Source of the DNA: a virus
Lineage: Duplodnaviria > Caudoviricetes
Length of the DNA: 53,409 nt
Strand: one strand, 5' to 3'
Virus record (IMG/VR): IMGVR_UViG_3300020042_002363
Span: 1 to 53,409 of that record
Shown here: piece after piece, positions 9,007 through 19,297 of the stretch
Position numbering within the stretch: the first letter of the stretch is position 1
Layout: each line of letters opens with the position of its first letter
Made by a program: the position numbers and the translations under genes
Notes under the pieces: model-generated
The model's input: only the letters and a program-made list of their open reading frames with translations
The model's database searches: none
What the model was told of the DNA's origin: nothing

Positions 9007-9203
9007 TTAGCCAAATTATCGGCAAAATCAAGCAAGTTCAGCAGGAAATAGCAGTAAATGCGGTGGCTTACCCTCCATCTGAGGGTAAAAACATCGAATT
9101 TTCATATGGTCAGAGGGTCGGTTACTACGCTGGCTTAGACCGAGCATTACAGGAAATAGAAAAACTGTTGTCTGAGCAGGATGAAAAAGACAACAACCTT
9201 TAA
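9003..9203 (+). CDS. Small head-module protein
   Basis: Helical, Y...VG.Y.GL..A pattern, between portal and GroES. Confidence 0.75.
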   Translation: MISQIIGKIKQVQQEIAVNAVAYPPSEGKNIEFSYGQRVGYYAGLDRALQEIEKLLSEQDEKDNNL

Positions 9204-9220
9204 TTAACCAGCAATCGGAG

Positions 9221-9646
9221 ATGCGAATGCTATTAGAGACACCAATAGAAATGGGATTTGAGTCAATTGAAGACGCTTTCCCCCAAGTAGACTGTGGTAT
9301 TGAGCCATTTGGATCACGAGTTATAGTTCAAATTCGTAAAGCAAAGACTACAACCAAGAGCGGTCTGTACATCCCTGAAGAAGCCCGTAAGACTGAGGCT
9401 AGTAACACCCAAGTAGCTCGTGTTGTTGCAGTTGGATCACTTGCATATCGTAATAGAAACACCATGGAGATGTGGCCTGAAGGTTCTTGGTGTGATGTAG
9501 GTGAGTTTGTACGCACTCCAAAGTACGGTGGCGACAGATGGACAGTAAAAATTGATGACGAAGAGATTGAATTCGTTATGTTTGATGATTTAAACATCTT
9601 GGGTCGTGTAACAGGCGATCCTACTAAGATGCGCGCATTTATCTAA
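9221..9646 (+). CDS. groES: GroES/Cpn10-like co-chaperonin
   Basis: PFGSRVIV, T.SGLYIP mobile loop, VVAVG, VGEFV..PKYGG, D.NILG. Confidence 0.9.
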   Translation: MRMLLETPIEMGFESIEDAFPQVDCGIEPFGSRVIVQIRKAKTTTKSGLYIPEEARKTEASNTQVARVVAVGSLAYRNRNTMEMWPEGSWCDVGEFVRTPKYGGDRWTVKIDDEEIEFVMFDDLNILGRVTGDPTKMRAFI

Positions 9647-9664
9647 CGGCTGAAAGGAGTCGAT

Positions 9665-10591
9665 ATGAATACCAAAGTGGATGACACACTGTCAGAGGAT
9701 GATAGTGATGATGATAAGCAGCAGGTTACGGAATATGTTGCTGTTGTAGATGAGGATGAGCAGCATGAAGCTCATGCTAGTGATGAGGATGACGGTGAGG
9801 ATGTCCGTTTAAATGATGACAATGAGGATCGAGAGCAAATCCGTGTTCGTCGTAGAGAAGAGAAGGCAGAACGTGCGCAACGCCGCAAGGCTGCTATGGA
9901 GCGAGACAAGCAGGAGCTAAACTACCTGCGTCAGATCGTTTCTGAGCAAGAGCGCCGCATGCGTAATCTTGAGCATAATACTGCGACACAGAAATTTGTT
10001 GCTCTAGAGCAAAGAATACAAGAGGCTGCTGAAGAAGTTAAGGCTGCTGAGTACATCATCAGTCAGGCTGTCAATGCTGGCAATGGAGAGGATGTAGCTC
10101 AGGCTATCCGTATCCGTGATGAGGCGATTCAATCTGTAAAACAATTACAGGGATACAAAGCTCGCGTTCAACAGCCAGCCCAACAGCAGCAGCAGCAGCG
10201 TCAACCACAAGCCGAGCCGATGTCAATGAAGCTTGCAAAGGATTGGGCAGATAGCAATCAATGGTTTGATCCTAATGGTGGTGACGAAAAGTCGAAAAAA
10301 ATGTTAGAAATTGACAAAGGTTTGATGAATGAGGGATATAATCCAGAAAGCTTGGAATATTGGCGTGAGTTGGATAAACGCGCCGCATCATTAGTTAAAC
10401 GCGGAAGAGGTGGCCCTCCGATTGGTTCAGGTCGTGAGCATGTTTCTTCCGTAGGTAGAAATGAAGTATATTTAAGCCCAGAACGTGTAGATGCCTTAAG
10501 GCAGCTTGGTGTGTATGGTGACAAGGCAGCAATGGCCCCGTACCTCAAGCAATACGCGAAGTGGGATCGTGAAAATAAATCAACTCGCTGA
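9665..10591 (+). CDS. Putative capsid scaffolding protein
   Basis: Acidic N-terminus, long coiled coil, W...N.WF, C-terminal helix pair; upstream of capsid genes. Confidence 0.7.
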   Translation: MNTKVDDTLSEDDSDDDKQQVTEYVAVVDEDEQHEAHASDEDDGEDVRLNDDNEDREQIRVRRREEKAERAQRRKAAMERDKQELNYLRQIVSEQERRMRNLEHNTATQKFVALEQRIQEAAEEVKAAEYIISQAVNAGNGEDVAQAIRIRDEAIQSVKQLQGYKARVQQPAQQQQQQRQPQAEPMSMKLAKDWADSNQWFDPNGGDEKSKKMLEIDKGLMNEGYNPESLEYWRELDKRAASLVKRGRGGPPIGSGREHVSSVGRNEVYLSPERVDALRQLGVYGDKAAMAPYLKQYAKWDRENKSTR

Positions 10592-10597
10592 TAAGGA

Positions 10598-11137
10598 GTG
10601 AGAACTATGAGTGACCAAAGACTGAAACGCATTGCAGACCCTGCGCGTGAATCACGGGCTTCGCAGAATCGTGAAACCACTGAAAACCGCGAGTTGTCGG
10701 ATGAAGAAAGAGTCGAAATGTTTCGTATGCAATTTTTGCAAAGCGCATTACCTGACTTACCAAAGATACCGAATTACCATACATTTTGGGCAACAACAGC
10801 AAATCCACGAGACTCCATTAATTCTCGTTTAAGACTTGGATATGAACCAATTAAGCCTGAAGATATTCCGGGCTATGAATACGTGACCGTGAAGACGGGC
10901 GAATATGCAGGGTTCATTGGAGTTAATGAAATGGTGGCTTTAAAACTGCCTATGCGCCTTTATGAAGCGTATATGCAAGAAGCTCACTTTGACGCGCCAC
11001 TGCGCGAGGATGAGAAGTTGGTTGCTATGACCGAAGGGATGAGAGATCAAATCGAACGGTCAGGTGGAAAAGTAATTGAGGGTGATGGTATGGCAGATTT
11101 GCGTAAAGTTCCTGAGCGCCCTGTCTTTACTGATTGA
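10598..11137 (+). CDS. Conserved head-module protein
   Basis: ORF with AAGGAG RBS between scaffold and capsid genes. Confidence 0.75.
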   Translation: MRTMSDQRLKRIADPARESRASQNRETTENRELSDEERVEMFRMQFLQSALPDLPKIPNYHTFWATTANPRDSINSRLRLGYEPIKPEDIPGYEYVTVKTGEYAGFIGVNEMVALKLPMRLYEAYMQEAHFDAPLREDEKLVAMTEGMRDQIERSGGKVIEGDGMADLRKVPERPVFTD

Positions 11138-11186
11138 CCAAGCAGGGTGCGAGGGTTTGAACTGACATATTTTTATAGGAATTATT

Positions 11187-11747
11187 ATGTCTTCTACTAG
11201 CGCACCTTTTGGCTTACAGCCAATTTACCACACGAGTGGTAGCGTTCGTCCTCAAGCTTTTACGCTTGTGGATAATTATGCTGCTACCCTTTTACAAAAC
11301 CAACCCGTTAAGATCGGTACTAACGGCACACTACAACCTGCGGCTGCTGGCGAAGCTTTCGTCGGTGTGTTTCAGGGTGTAGAGTTTACCGACTCTGACG
11401 GTCGTCGTCGTGTATCCAACAAATGGATTGCAAGCACTACAGGTACAGACATCATTGCTTATGCAACTTCTGACCCGCAGATAGTTTATCAAATCCAGTC
11501 CAACGCAGCTCTTAACTTGACTAACATTGGTAACCAAGCTGATACGACAGTAGCTGGCTCTGGTTCAACTGTTGTTGGTATCAGTCAAATGATGTTGGAT
11601 ACCGCAACAATCACAACCGCTGGTTCAGCTCAATTACGCGTCATTGGTTTAACTCCATATGCAGATAATGCATGGGGTGATACCTATGTTATCGCTCAAG
11701 TTGAAATTTCTGAGCATCAGTTTGTTGCCGATAAAGTCGCATTCTAA
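11187..11747 (+). CDS. Putative capsid decoration/cement protein
   Basis: APFGL.P start, GVFQGVEF.D, DP..VY.IQ; beta-rich; directly before the major capsid gene. Confidence 0.65.
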   Translation: MSSTSAPFGLQPIYHTSGSVRPQAFTLVDNYAATLLQNQPVKIGTNGTLQPAAAGEAFVGVFQGVEFTDSDGRRRVSNKWIASTTGTDIIAYATSDPQIVYQIQSNAALNLTNIGNQADTTVAGSGSTVVGISQMMLDTATITTAGSAQLRVIGLTPYADNAWGDTYVIAQVEISEHQFVADKVAF

Positions 11748-11759
11748 GGAGAGCGGATC

Positions 11760-12803
11760 ATGATTAAATTATTAAATACCGCTTTATCGAAGGTTAGCGG
11801 CTTCATCAAGAGTACCCTTTATCGTGTTGGTCAAAGCATTAGCGATGCCCTGTTTGACTTTGGTGTCAAGCATGGTTTTATCTTATGCGCAGTTCCAATG
11901 CGCTCAACCGACTTCCGCTCAATTGTTGAGCCGATTCTGAACGAAGAGTTTGATGGTATCTACGATCAGCGCGCAGACGAATGGAAGCAAGTCTTTACTG
12001 AGCGTAAAGGTATTCCACGTAACTACCATGAAGAGCCAGTGTTATACGGCTTTGGTGCTGCTCCTGAATTGCCAGATGGCATGCCAGTGACATACCAAGC
12101 TGGTGGCGTACTCTTCAATGCACGATATGTGTATAAAGTCTATGGCTTAGCATTTGCTCTGACCAAAGTCTTGGTAGAAGACGGTGACCATATCTCTATC
12201 GGTCAAACCTACGCTAAGCACTTGGCTCAATCTCTGATTGAAACCAAAGAAACACTTTGCGCGAACATCTTGAATCGTTCGTTCACTGGTGGTGCTTATG
12301 CAGGTGGTGATGGTGTATCTTTAGTAAATGCATCACACCCAATCGCTTCAGGTACATTCAGTAACCAATTGACTACTGCTGCTGCTTTGTCACAAACATC
12401 GCTTGAGCAGATTCTCATTCAAATCCGCAATGCTGTTGACAACAATGGTAAGCGTATTCGTTTAACACCTGAGAAGCTAGTAGTTGGCCCATCGAATGTA
12501 TTCCAAGCTGAAGTTCTGCTGAAATCTGTTCTGCGTACTGGCAATGCTAACAATGACATCAACCCAGTTAAGTCAATGGGCATGTTGTCTGGTGGTCAAG
12601 CTAACTTGTCTCGTCTGACTTCAACTACCGCTTGGTGGATTAAGACAGATGCACAAGTAGGTCTGCAACTGATGATGCGTCGTGCTTTAGAGAAATCAAT
12701 GGAAGGCGATTTCGAAACTGACTCAATGCGTTACAAGGCAACCGAGCGTTACATTCCCGGTTTCACTGACCCACGTACCGTTTACGGTACTGCCGGCGTT
12801 TAA
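11760..12803 (+). CDS. Major capsid protein (Mu gpT-like, HK97 fold) with N-terminal extension
   Basis: PMRSTDFRSIVEP, DGVSL.NASHP, P.KLVV, YKATERY..G.TDPR..YG; strong RBS; followed by terminator. Confidence 0.9.
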   Translation: MIKLLNTALSKVSGFIKSTLYRVGQSISDALFDFGVKHGFILCAVPMRSTDFRSIVEPILNEEFDGIYDQRADEWKQVFTERKGIPRNYHEEPVLYGFGAAPELPDGMPVTYQAGGVLFNARYVYKVYGLAFALTKVLVEDGDHISIGQTYAKHLAQSLIETKETLCANILNRSFTGGAYAGGDGVSLVNASHPIASGTFSNQLTTAAALSQTSLEQILIQIRNAVDNNGKRIRLTPEKLVVGPSNVFQAEVLLKSVLRTGNANNDINPVKSMGMLSGGQANLSRLTSTTAWWIKTDAQVGLQLMMRRALEKSMEGDFETDSMRYKATERYIPGFTDPRTVYGTAGV

Positions 12804-12811
12804 TCAAACTG

Positions 12812-12841
12812 CTAGGGGCTTAACCGCCCCTAGTAATTTTT
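12812..12841 (+). terminator. Rho-independent terminator after the capsid gene
   Basis: CTAGGGGC-TTAACC-GCCCCTAG then TAATTTTT. Confidence 0.7.
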
Positions 12842-12852
12842 AGGAGAATGTA

Positions 12853-13311
12853 ATGTCTACGCCTAGTCTTACTCATACTTATTTCGGCTCTACCTTAGTA
12901 GCTGGCGATGCATTGACAGAAGCCACCAATGGTGGTTATGCAGTGTTAAGCCAAGTAGTTACTATGACCAGCGTGGCTGGAGCTTCTGCTAGTACCCCTT
13001 ACAATGGAACTATTACTCTTCCTGCTGGCGCACAAATCATTAACTTCCAAGTTGATGTATTGACTGCTCCAACTGGCACTGTAGCAAGCGCTCCATTGAC
13101 AATTGGTACTGCTTCTGCTGGCACACAATACCTGTCATCTACAGCCGCTATGACTGGCGGTAGATTGGCTCTAACATTTACTGCCGCTCAAGTGACAGCA
13201 ATGTCAAATATCGGCACTAACACCACCCTTGTTGCGACCGTTGTTCCTAACGTAGCGCCAACAACAACTCAAGGTGTTTGGCAAATGACTGTAGTGTATT
13301 CAATGAAGTAA
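12853..13311 (+). CDS. Virion structural protein (beta-rich)
   Basis: Thr/Ala-rich, TLPAGAQI motif; after capsid gene. Confidence 0.7.
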   Translation: MSTPSLTHTYFGSTLVAGDALTEATNGGYAVLSQVVTMTSVAGASASTPYNGTITLPAGAQIINFQVDVLTAPTGTVASAPLTIGTASAGTQYLSSTAAMTGGRLALTFTAAQVTAMSNIGTNTTLVATVVPNVAPTTTQGVWQMTVVYSMK

Positions 13312-13314
13312 ACA

Positions 13315-13343
13315 GGAGGGGGTTCGCCCCCTTCTTCTCTTTT
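13315..13343 (+). terminator. Rho-independent terminator
   Basis: GGAGGGGG-TTCG-CCCCCTTC hairpin followed by a pyrimidine/T tract. Confidence 0.6.
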
Positions 13344-13354
13344 AGAGGAACATC

Positions 13355-13684
13355 ATGAGGCAAATGATTGTGTCAACAACCAATGTGATAGGCGCAAGCG
13401 CCCCATTGGTGATGAATCTCAATGCAACACCATTCAATGTTGGCTTTGGTGTGGTGGTGACAAGTGGTTCGCCTACATACACTGTACAGCACACGTTTGA
13501 TAGCATGTCAAACACTGCTTACAATGGCACTGGCTTTACTACATGGTTTGACCATCCAACAATTGCTAGTCAATCAGCTAACGCTGATGGTAACTATGCA
13601 TTCCCTGTATCTGGTATTCGAGTCAATATAACTGGTGGAACAGGAGCTGTAACTTTAACCTTAATTCAGGCTGGTATTGCGTAA
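13355..13684 (+). CDS. Virion structural protein
   Basis: YTVQHTFD..WF.H, NYAFPV..IR beta-sandwich pattern. Confidence 0.7.
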   Translation: MRQMIVSTTNVIGASAPLVMNLNATPFNVGFGVVVTSGSPTYTVQHTFDSMSNTAYNGTGFTTWFDHPTIASQSANADGNYAFPVSGIRVNITGGTGAVTLTLIQAGIA

Positions 13685-13917
13685 TGCCTGTCGGATCAAG
13701 TTCAGTTGCTAATGAAGCGAACACCACTACTGGTGCTGCTCTATACACTGTTGCTAATGCAAGCAATGGGTTAGGTGACGATGTTGGTGGTAGTGGTGTG
13801 GTTAACCAGTACACAGGTGGAACACCACCTACGCCTTATTTTATTTTGCTAGAGGTAGATGGTTCAGGAAACATCTTGCTTGAATCTGGCAGTGGGTATA
13901 TTCAATTACAGAATTAA
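13684..13917 (+). CDS. Small structural protein
   Basis: C-terminal ILLE..G.ILLE.G repeat, typical before fibre genes. Confidence 0.65.
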   Translation: MPVGSSSVANEANTTTGAALYTVANASNGLGDDVGGSGVVNQYTGGTPPTPYFILLEVDGSGNILLESGSGYIQLQN

Positions 13918-13926
13918 AGGTTAACT

Positions 13927-15939
13927 ATGGCTGATTTAAAAATCTCGGCGATGACTTCAGCTACCACCCCTCTTACGGGGGCGGAGCAAATACCAGTAGT
14001 TCAAGGCGGAGCTAACAGGAAAGTAACTGTAGCTAATATCATTGCTATTGGCGGCACTGTTACCACAGCATCAGTAGTTAGTGCAAACGGATTCGCAGGT
14101 ACTGTAGCAACTGCAACGACTACCCCAGCTATCACACTAAGCACAACCATCACAGGCATTATCAAAGGTAATGGCACTGCACTATCAGCAGCCGTAGTAG
14201 GTTCTGATTATGCTCCTGCAACAACTGGTACATCAATACTTTATGGTGATGGTGCTGGTGGCTTTAGCTCTGTGACAGTAGGTTCAGGATTGTCTTTCAC
14301 TACTGGTACTTTGTCATCTACTTCAGGTGGTGGCTCTGTTACTACAGTCTCTGTTGCTTCTGCTAATGGTTTGGCTGGCACTGTGGCAACAGCTACAAGC
14401 ACTCCAGTAATTACACTTAGCACTAGCGTAACTGGATTACTTAAAGGTAATGGAACAGCTATTTCAGCAGCTACTGCTGGCTCTGACTATGCAGCAGCCA
14501 CAACAGGCACTAATGCTCAACTGTTAGCTAATGATGGCTCTGGTGGATTTAGCAATGTAACTGTAGGCTCAGGCTTAACTTACTCAGCAGGAACTTTGGC
14601 ATCATCCGCTGGCGGTGGATCAGTTACAACTGTTTCTGTAGTAAGCGCAAATGGTTTGGCAGGTACGGTTGCTAATGCAACATCAACTCCAGCGATTACT
14701 TTATCAACTTCAATCACAGGCATCTTGCAGGGCAATGGCACAGCAATATCTGCAATCACAGTAGGTAGCGGATTGTCATTTGTTGCAGGTACTCTATCAT
14801 CTACAAGTGGTGGCGGTTCAGTAACTTCTGTTGATGTGTCTGGTGGCACTACAGGTTTGACTACTTCAGGCGGCCCTATCACAGGTTCTGGAACAATCAC
14901 ATTGGCTGGAACTTTAGCAGTTGCTAATGGTGGTACAGGCTTAACGGCTTTAGGTGCTGGTGTAGTCACATTTTTAGGCACACCAAGCTCAGCAAACTTA
15001 GCTGCGGCAGTTACTGGTGAAACAGGTACTGGCTCATTAGTATTTGCAACAAGCCCAACATTAGTAACACCAGTATTAGGTACGCCGACAAGCATTACAT
15101 TAACTAATGGTACAGGATTACCTTTATCAACAGGTGTTACAGGCACACTTCCAGTTGCAAATGGCGGCACAGGATTGGCTGCTTTAGGTACTGGCGTTAC
15201 GACTGCATTAGCAATTAATGTAGGCTCTTCTGGTGCTTTTGTCACCAATGGCGGCTCACTTGGCACACCTTCTTCAGGCACTCTTACAAGCGCCACAGGT
15301 TTACCAATCTCTACAGGTGTTTCTGGCTTAGGTACTGGTGTTGCAACAGCCTTAGCTGTTAACACAGGTAGCGCAGGTGCTGTTGTAGTTAACGGCGGTG
15401 CATTAGGTACACCAAGCTCAGGAACATTGACAAGTGCTACAGGCTTGCCAGTATCAACTGGTATATCAGGTTTTGGTACAGGTGTTGCTACTGCTCTTGC
15501 AGTTAACACAGGATCGGCTGGAGCTGTTGTTGTGAATGGTGGTGCGCTTGGCACACCATCAAGTGGCGTGGCTTCTAGCATGACTGTTGATGGCACTGAT
15601 GCGGTAGGTTTTAAAAATGTACCGATTTCTTCTAAGTCAGCAGATTACACAGCAGTTTTAACGGATTCAGGTAAAGCACTTTTCCATCCATCAGGTGATG
15701 CTAATGCTCGTACATTTACTATTCCATCTAATGCTTCTGTTGCATATCCATTAGGAACTGCATTAACTTTTATTAATCAAACAAGCCAAGTTTTGTCAAT
15801 TAGTATTAATACAGACACTTTAACTTTAGCTAACAGCACAAACACTACAGTACCTAGAAGCTTGGCACAAAATGGTGTTGCAACTGCAATTAAAGTTACA
15901 TCTACACAATGGATCATTTCTGGTAATGGGTTGACATAA
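13927..15939 (+). CDS. Fibre protein with internal repeats
   Basis: MADLKIS start; three SANG.AGTVA.AT.TP.ITLST repeats, L.VANGGTG, and repeated GG.LGTPSSGTLTSATGLP units. Confidence 0.8.
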   Translation: MADLKISAMTSATTPLTGAEQIPVVQGGANRKVTVANIIAIGGTVTTASVVSANGFAGTVATATTTPAITLSTTITGIIKGNGTALSAAVVGSDYAPATTGTSILYGDGAGGFSSVTVGSGLSFTTGTLSSTSGGGSVTTVSVASANGLAGTVATATSTPVITLSTSVTGLLKGNGTAISAATAGSDYAAATTGTNAQLLANDGSGGFSNVTVGSGLTYSAGTLASSAGGGSVTTVSVVSANGLAGTVANATSTPAITLSTSITGILQGNGTAISAITVGSGLSFVAGTLSSTSGGGSVTSVDVSGGTTGLTTSGGPITGSGTITLAGTLAVANGGTGLTALGAGVVTFLGTPSSANLAAAVTGETGTGSLVFATSPTLVTPVLGTPTSITLTNGTGLPLSTGVTGTLPVANGGTGLAALGTGVTTALAINVGSSGAFVTNGGSLGTPSSGTLTSATGLPISTGVSGLGTGVATALAVNTGSAGAVVVNGGALGTPSSGTLTSATGLPVSTGISGFGTGVATALAVNTGSAGAVVVNGGALGTPSSGVASSMTVDGTDAVGFKNVPISSKSADYTAVLTDSGKALFHPSGDANARTFTIPSNASVAYPLGTALTFINQTSQVLSISINTDTLTLANSTNTTVPRSLAQNGVATAIKVTSTQWIISGNGLT

Positions 15940-16853
15940 TGGCTGGCGTACTTGGATTTCTTGCTGGGGCAATTGCTGTACCATCTGGTGGTGGAAGCTC
16001 TCCCCCTACTTCTGTTACTTATGTGATTGTTGGTGGAGGAGGGGCTGGCGGTCAACAGGGAGGTGGAGGTGGAGCTGGCGGCTACCGCACTGGCACTCAA
16101 TCTGTTTCTACTGGAACTGCTTATTCTTGGTCTGTAGGTAATGGAGGGGTTGGTGCTGCTGGTGTAGGAACATCAGGCTCTGCTACTGTATTTAATTCTA
16201 TTAGTGCGGCTGGAGGCGGTTATGGTGGCACACCACCTAATGATGCTGCAAGCGGCGGTTCAGGCGGAGGTGGTGCGGTAGAAGGCGATCCTTCTCCATC
16301 AGGAGCAGGTAATACTCCATCAACAACTCCAGCACAAGGATTTGCTGGCGGTGCTGGTAAACCTACAGCTCCGGGCTATGGAGGTGGTGGAGGTGGTGGA
16401 GCTACTGCGGTTGGAGCTTCTGGTGGCGCAACAGCGCCTTACAATGGAGGAGCTGGTGGGGCTGGTATTGCAAACCCAATTACTGGATCGACTACAGGTC
16501 AATTGTCAGGCCCTACTTATTACCTTGCTGGCGGTGGTGGTGCAGGTGCGTTTGAAAATGGCCCTTCTCCAGCAGCCGCAACACAAGCTGGTGCAGGTGG
16601 TCTTGGAGGCGGTGGTGCTGGCACAGTAGGTGCAGTAAATGCAACTCCGGGGAGTGTTAACACTGGAGGCGGGGGTGGTGGCACTGGCAAAGCAACAGCA
16701 ACTGGTGGGTCAGGCGGCCGTGGTGTTGTGATTATTGCTTATGCATCTACTTTCTCTGATGCAGTATCTACAACTGGAACAATCACAAAAACAACTGCTG
16801 GTGGTAACACTATTTATACAGCAACCACTGGTTCTGGAACAATTACTTGGTAA
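15939..16853 (+). CDS. Glycine-rich domain virion protein
   Basis: VGGGGAGG, GGGGAGG, NTGGGGGG, GGSGG.GVVII.Y motifs. Confidence 0.8.
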   Translation: MAGVLGFLAGAIAVPSGGGSSPPTSVTYVIVGGGGAGGQQGGGGGAGGYRTGTQSVSTGTAYSWSVGNGGVGAAGVGTSGSATVFNSISAAGGGYGGTPPNDAASGGSGGGGAVEGDPSPSGAGNTPSTTPAQGFAGGAGKPTAPGYGGGGGGGATAVGASGGATAPYNGGAGGAGIANPITGSTTGQLSGPTYYLAGGGGAGAFENGPSPAAATQAGAGGLGGGGAGTVGAVNATPGSVNTGGGGGGTGKATATGGSGGRGVVIIAYASTFSDAVSTTGTITKTTAGGNTIYTATTGSGTITW

Positions 16854-17242
16854 TGATTATGGAATATCAATATATTTCTTTAGATGAAAACAATATTGTG
16901 ACGCATGTTTGCTCATCTCCTGATGAGATGACATTGGTTGATGGTGTTGAAATACCTACTGATGTTTATTATTCTAGTTTGCTTGGTTGCAGAATCGTAA
17001 AAGGTGATGAAAATATGTATGGTGGTGTTCATAAAACTGGTGGCACTCCGTTTAGAAAAAATGCGGCTGGTGTAGGTTTTACATATGATGAGCAGCGTGA
17101 TGCATTTATACCTCCGCAGCCATTTCCATCATGGACATTGAATGAAGACACATGTCAGTGGGAATCTCCAACACCATACCCAGTTGATGACACTAAGCCT
17201 TACCGATGGGATGAGAACACTCTTGCTTGGATTACAGGATAA
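16847..17242 (+). CDS. Conserved fibre-associated protein
   Basis: PFRKN.AG.G.TYD..RDAFIPP.P.PSW.L.E.TC.W..P motif. Confidence 0.8.
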   Translation: MVMIMEYQYISLDENNIVTHVCSSPDEMTLVDGVEIPTDVYYSSLLGCRIVKGDENMYGGVHKTGGTPFRKNAAGVGFTYDEQRDAFIPPQPFPSWTLNEDTCQWESPTPYPVDDTKPYRWDENTLAWITG

Positions 17243-17245
17243 AAA

Positions 17246-18979
17246 ATGGCTTATATAACCATACCGCAGCTAACCGCAGGAACAGCACTTACTGGTCTAG
17301 AACAATTTGAGGCTGTACAGTCTTCTGCTTCAGTTAAGTTAACTGCTAATCAGCTAAAAACATTTATCAGTTTAAACCCACAATTTATTATTACTGATTC
17401 AAGCATTAACACTGTAGCTGTAGCAGCAAGCTTTATTCATGACACAACAGCAAGCCCTGCAACTATTACTGCTGGCATGGGTGTTTCTGTTAATTTAAGT
17501 GCAGAGCTAAATGTAAATGGTGTATTTAATGGTGCATCAATAGCATCAGTTGCTGAGAATACGACATCTGGTTCAGAGGCAATGAACCTGCAATTAAAAA
17601 CATCATTAGCTGGAGCAGCTCCAACAACTAAAGTTTTAATTGCTAGTAATGGTAAGGTTACGATCACTCCTGAAGTAACATTAGTTGATAATCTTTACAT
17701 TGACGCTATCAACACAAATAGCTCCATAGCATTTCCAATTACCTTAAATCACAAAACTACAGACAATACTGCTGCTACTGGCATCGGTACTGGCATATTA
17801 TTCCAGTGTAATCTTAGTGGAGCTAGCTCAACTTCTGGTGTTGGTGTTGGTCAATTAAATATGTTAGCTACTGATGTAAGTTCAGTATCAACATCAAAGT
17901 TTGATTTTGTAATTAGGCTTTTAAGAAATGTAACTCTTAGTGAAGTTGCTCGCTTTACTAGCGATAAGAAACTTGGAGTTGGAACTAATACTCCAGCTAC
18001 TGCTCTTGAGGTTGCTCTTGATGATGCAAATAATAGTTCGTCTGTATCTGTTGCTCGTTTTACTCATACTACTTCAAGCAGTGCTGCTGTTGGTATTGGT
18101 ACTGCTATAGAGCTTGCGACAGAAACAAATGATGGTGTTAAAGCTGGCGCTGCAATATTTACTCAGTCAACTGACCTCACAGTTGGATCAGAAGACTTTG
18201 TTCTAAGCTTTGGTACGATGAGCAATGGCGCTGCCGCTACAGAAAAGTTTAGGATTGGTGAAGTAATTTACACCCCAAGATTTATTGGTGCTGGCATTGT
18301 TCCTACTAATGCATGGTTAACTTCTGCTGCTGGCACTTCTAGCATTGCAGCTTCTAAATTTACTGCTGGATCATTACTAACATCTCCCATAACTGGCGGT
18401 TTTGAATATGATGGTTATGCAACTTACTTTACTCCGCAAAGCACAAATCGAGGGGTAATTCCAGCAGAACAGTTTTTTCAATTGGGTGCTGATTACACTG
18501 CTAATGGCGCTGTTACTACTGCCCAGACTATGTTTAATAGAGTAGTGAGTTTGGTATCAAACACTAGGTATGCATATGAAATTGTTGCTGTTATAACTGC
18601 TACTGCTGCCACAGCAAAAACTATTGGATATGGATTGGGTGGAACAGCAGTTCTTAGTGCGCATGCTTATACTGCAATTAGCGGTGATGTTGGAACAATA
18701 CCTGCTGTTGGTGCTGCAAACATTATGCGCAATAGAGTTTTGTCTAGCTTTTCTACTCCAGTAGTTATAAGCGCTTCTGGCGCTGCTGGCTCTACAGAAA
18801 TTAGAATTGCTGGAACTATTGACATGTTGTCTGGTTCTTCAGGAACAGTTGATTTTCAATTTAACTATTCTGCAAATGGCACAACAGTTACAGTAGGAGC
18901 TGGTTCTTATGTAAGAATTTACCCAGTTCAAACAATTAATGCAACTACTGACAATACTCAAATTGGTACTTGGAGCTAA
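17246..18979 (+). CDS. Fibre/spike protein
   Basis: T/S/A/G-rich; LGVGTNTP...LEV fibre motif; repeated F.H.T...A..GIGT.I units. Confidence 0.7.
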   Translation: MAYITIPQLTAGTALTGLEQFEAVQSSASVKLTANQLKTFISLNPQFIITDSSINTVAVAASFIHDTTASPATITAGMGVSVNLSAELNVNGVFNGASIASVAENTTSGSEAMNLQLKTSLAGAAPTTKVLIASNGKVTITPEVTLVDNLYIDAINTNSSIAFPITLNHKTTDNTAATGIGTGILFQCNLSGASSTSGVGVGQLNMLATDVSSVSTSKFDFVIRLLRNVTLSEVARFTSDKKLGVGTNTPATALEVALDDANNSSSVSVARFTHTTSSSAAVGIGTAIELATETNDGVKAGAAIFTQSTDLTVGSEDFVLSFGTMSNGAAATEKFRIGEVIYTPRFIGAGIVPTNAWLTSAAGTSSIAASKFTAGSLLTSPITGGFEYDGYATYFTPQSTNRGVIPAEQFFQLGADYTANGAVTTAQTMFNRVVSLVSNTRYAYEIVAVITATAATAKTIGYGLGGTAVLSAHAYTAISGDVGTIPAVGAANIMRNRVLSSFSTPVVISASGAAGSTEIRIAGTIDMLSGSSGTVDFQFNYSANGTTVTVGAGSYVRIYPVQTINATTDNTQIGTWS

Positions 18980-18981
18980 TC

Positions 18982-19281
18982 ATGGCGATTATTAAAGGTT
19001 GGCATTTTGCAAAAGGCGGTCAGGTTAACTTGACTGTTAAGCATAAAAATCCAGAGGGTGGTTTAAGTCAAGCAGGTCGTGATGCTTATAATAAAGCAAC
19101 TGGCAGTAACTTAAAGCCACCAGTCTCTAAAGAGGCTGCTGCAAAGAGTCCTGCTAAAGCTTCTCGTAGAAGTTCCTTCTGCGCTCGTATGGGTGGCATG
19201 AAAGCAAAGCTAACTTCTGCTGAGACTGCAAAAGACCCTAATTCAAGAATCAATAAAGCCTTACGCAAGTGGGATTGTTAA
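18982..19281 (+). CDS. Small basic phage protein (DUF6321-like) with N-terminal FAKGG
   Basis: KNP.GGL...GR..YN..TG.NLK.P, RR.SFCARM.G, DPNSRINKALRKW.C; GGAG RBS. Confidence 0.75.
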   Translation: MAIIKGWHFAKGGQVNLTVKHKNPEGGLSQAGRDAYNKATGSNLKPPVSKEAAAKSPAKASRRSSFCARMGGMKAKLTSAETAKDPNSRINKALRKWDC

Positions 19282-19297
19282 ACTAAAGGAAATAATC

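Noticed and set aside
14580-15596. 338-aa antisense ORF
   Set aside because: Shadow of the G/T/A/S-rich fibre gene; no RBS or domain
15939-16853. GG runs in the glycine-rich and fibre proteins as members of the xxxGG motif
   Set aside because: They are polyglycine structural repeats within one domain, not module boundaries
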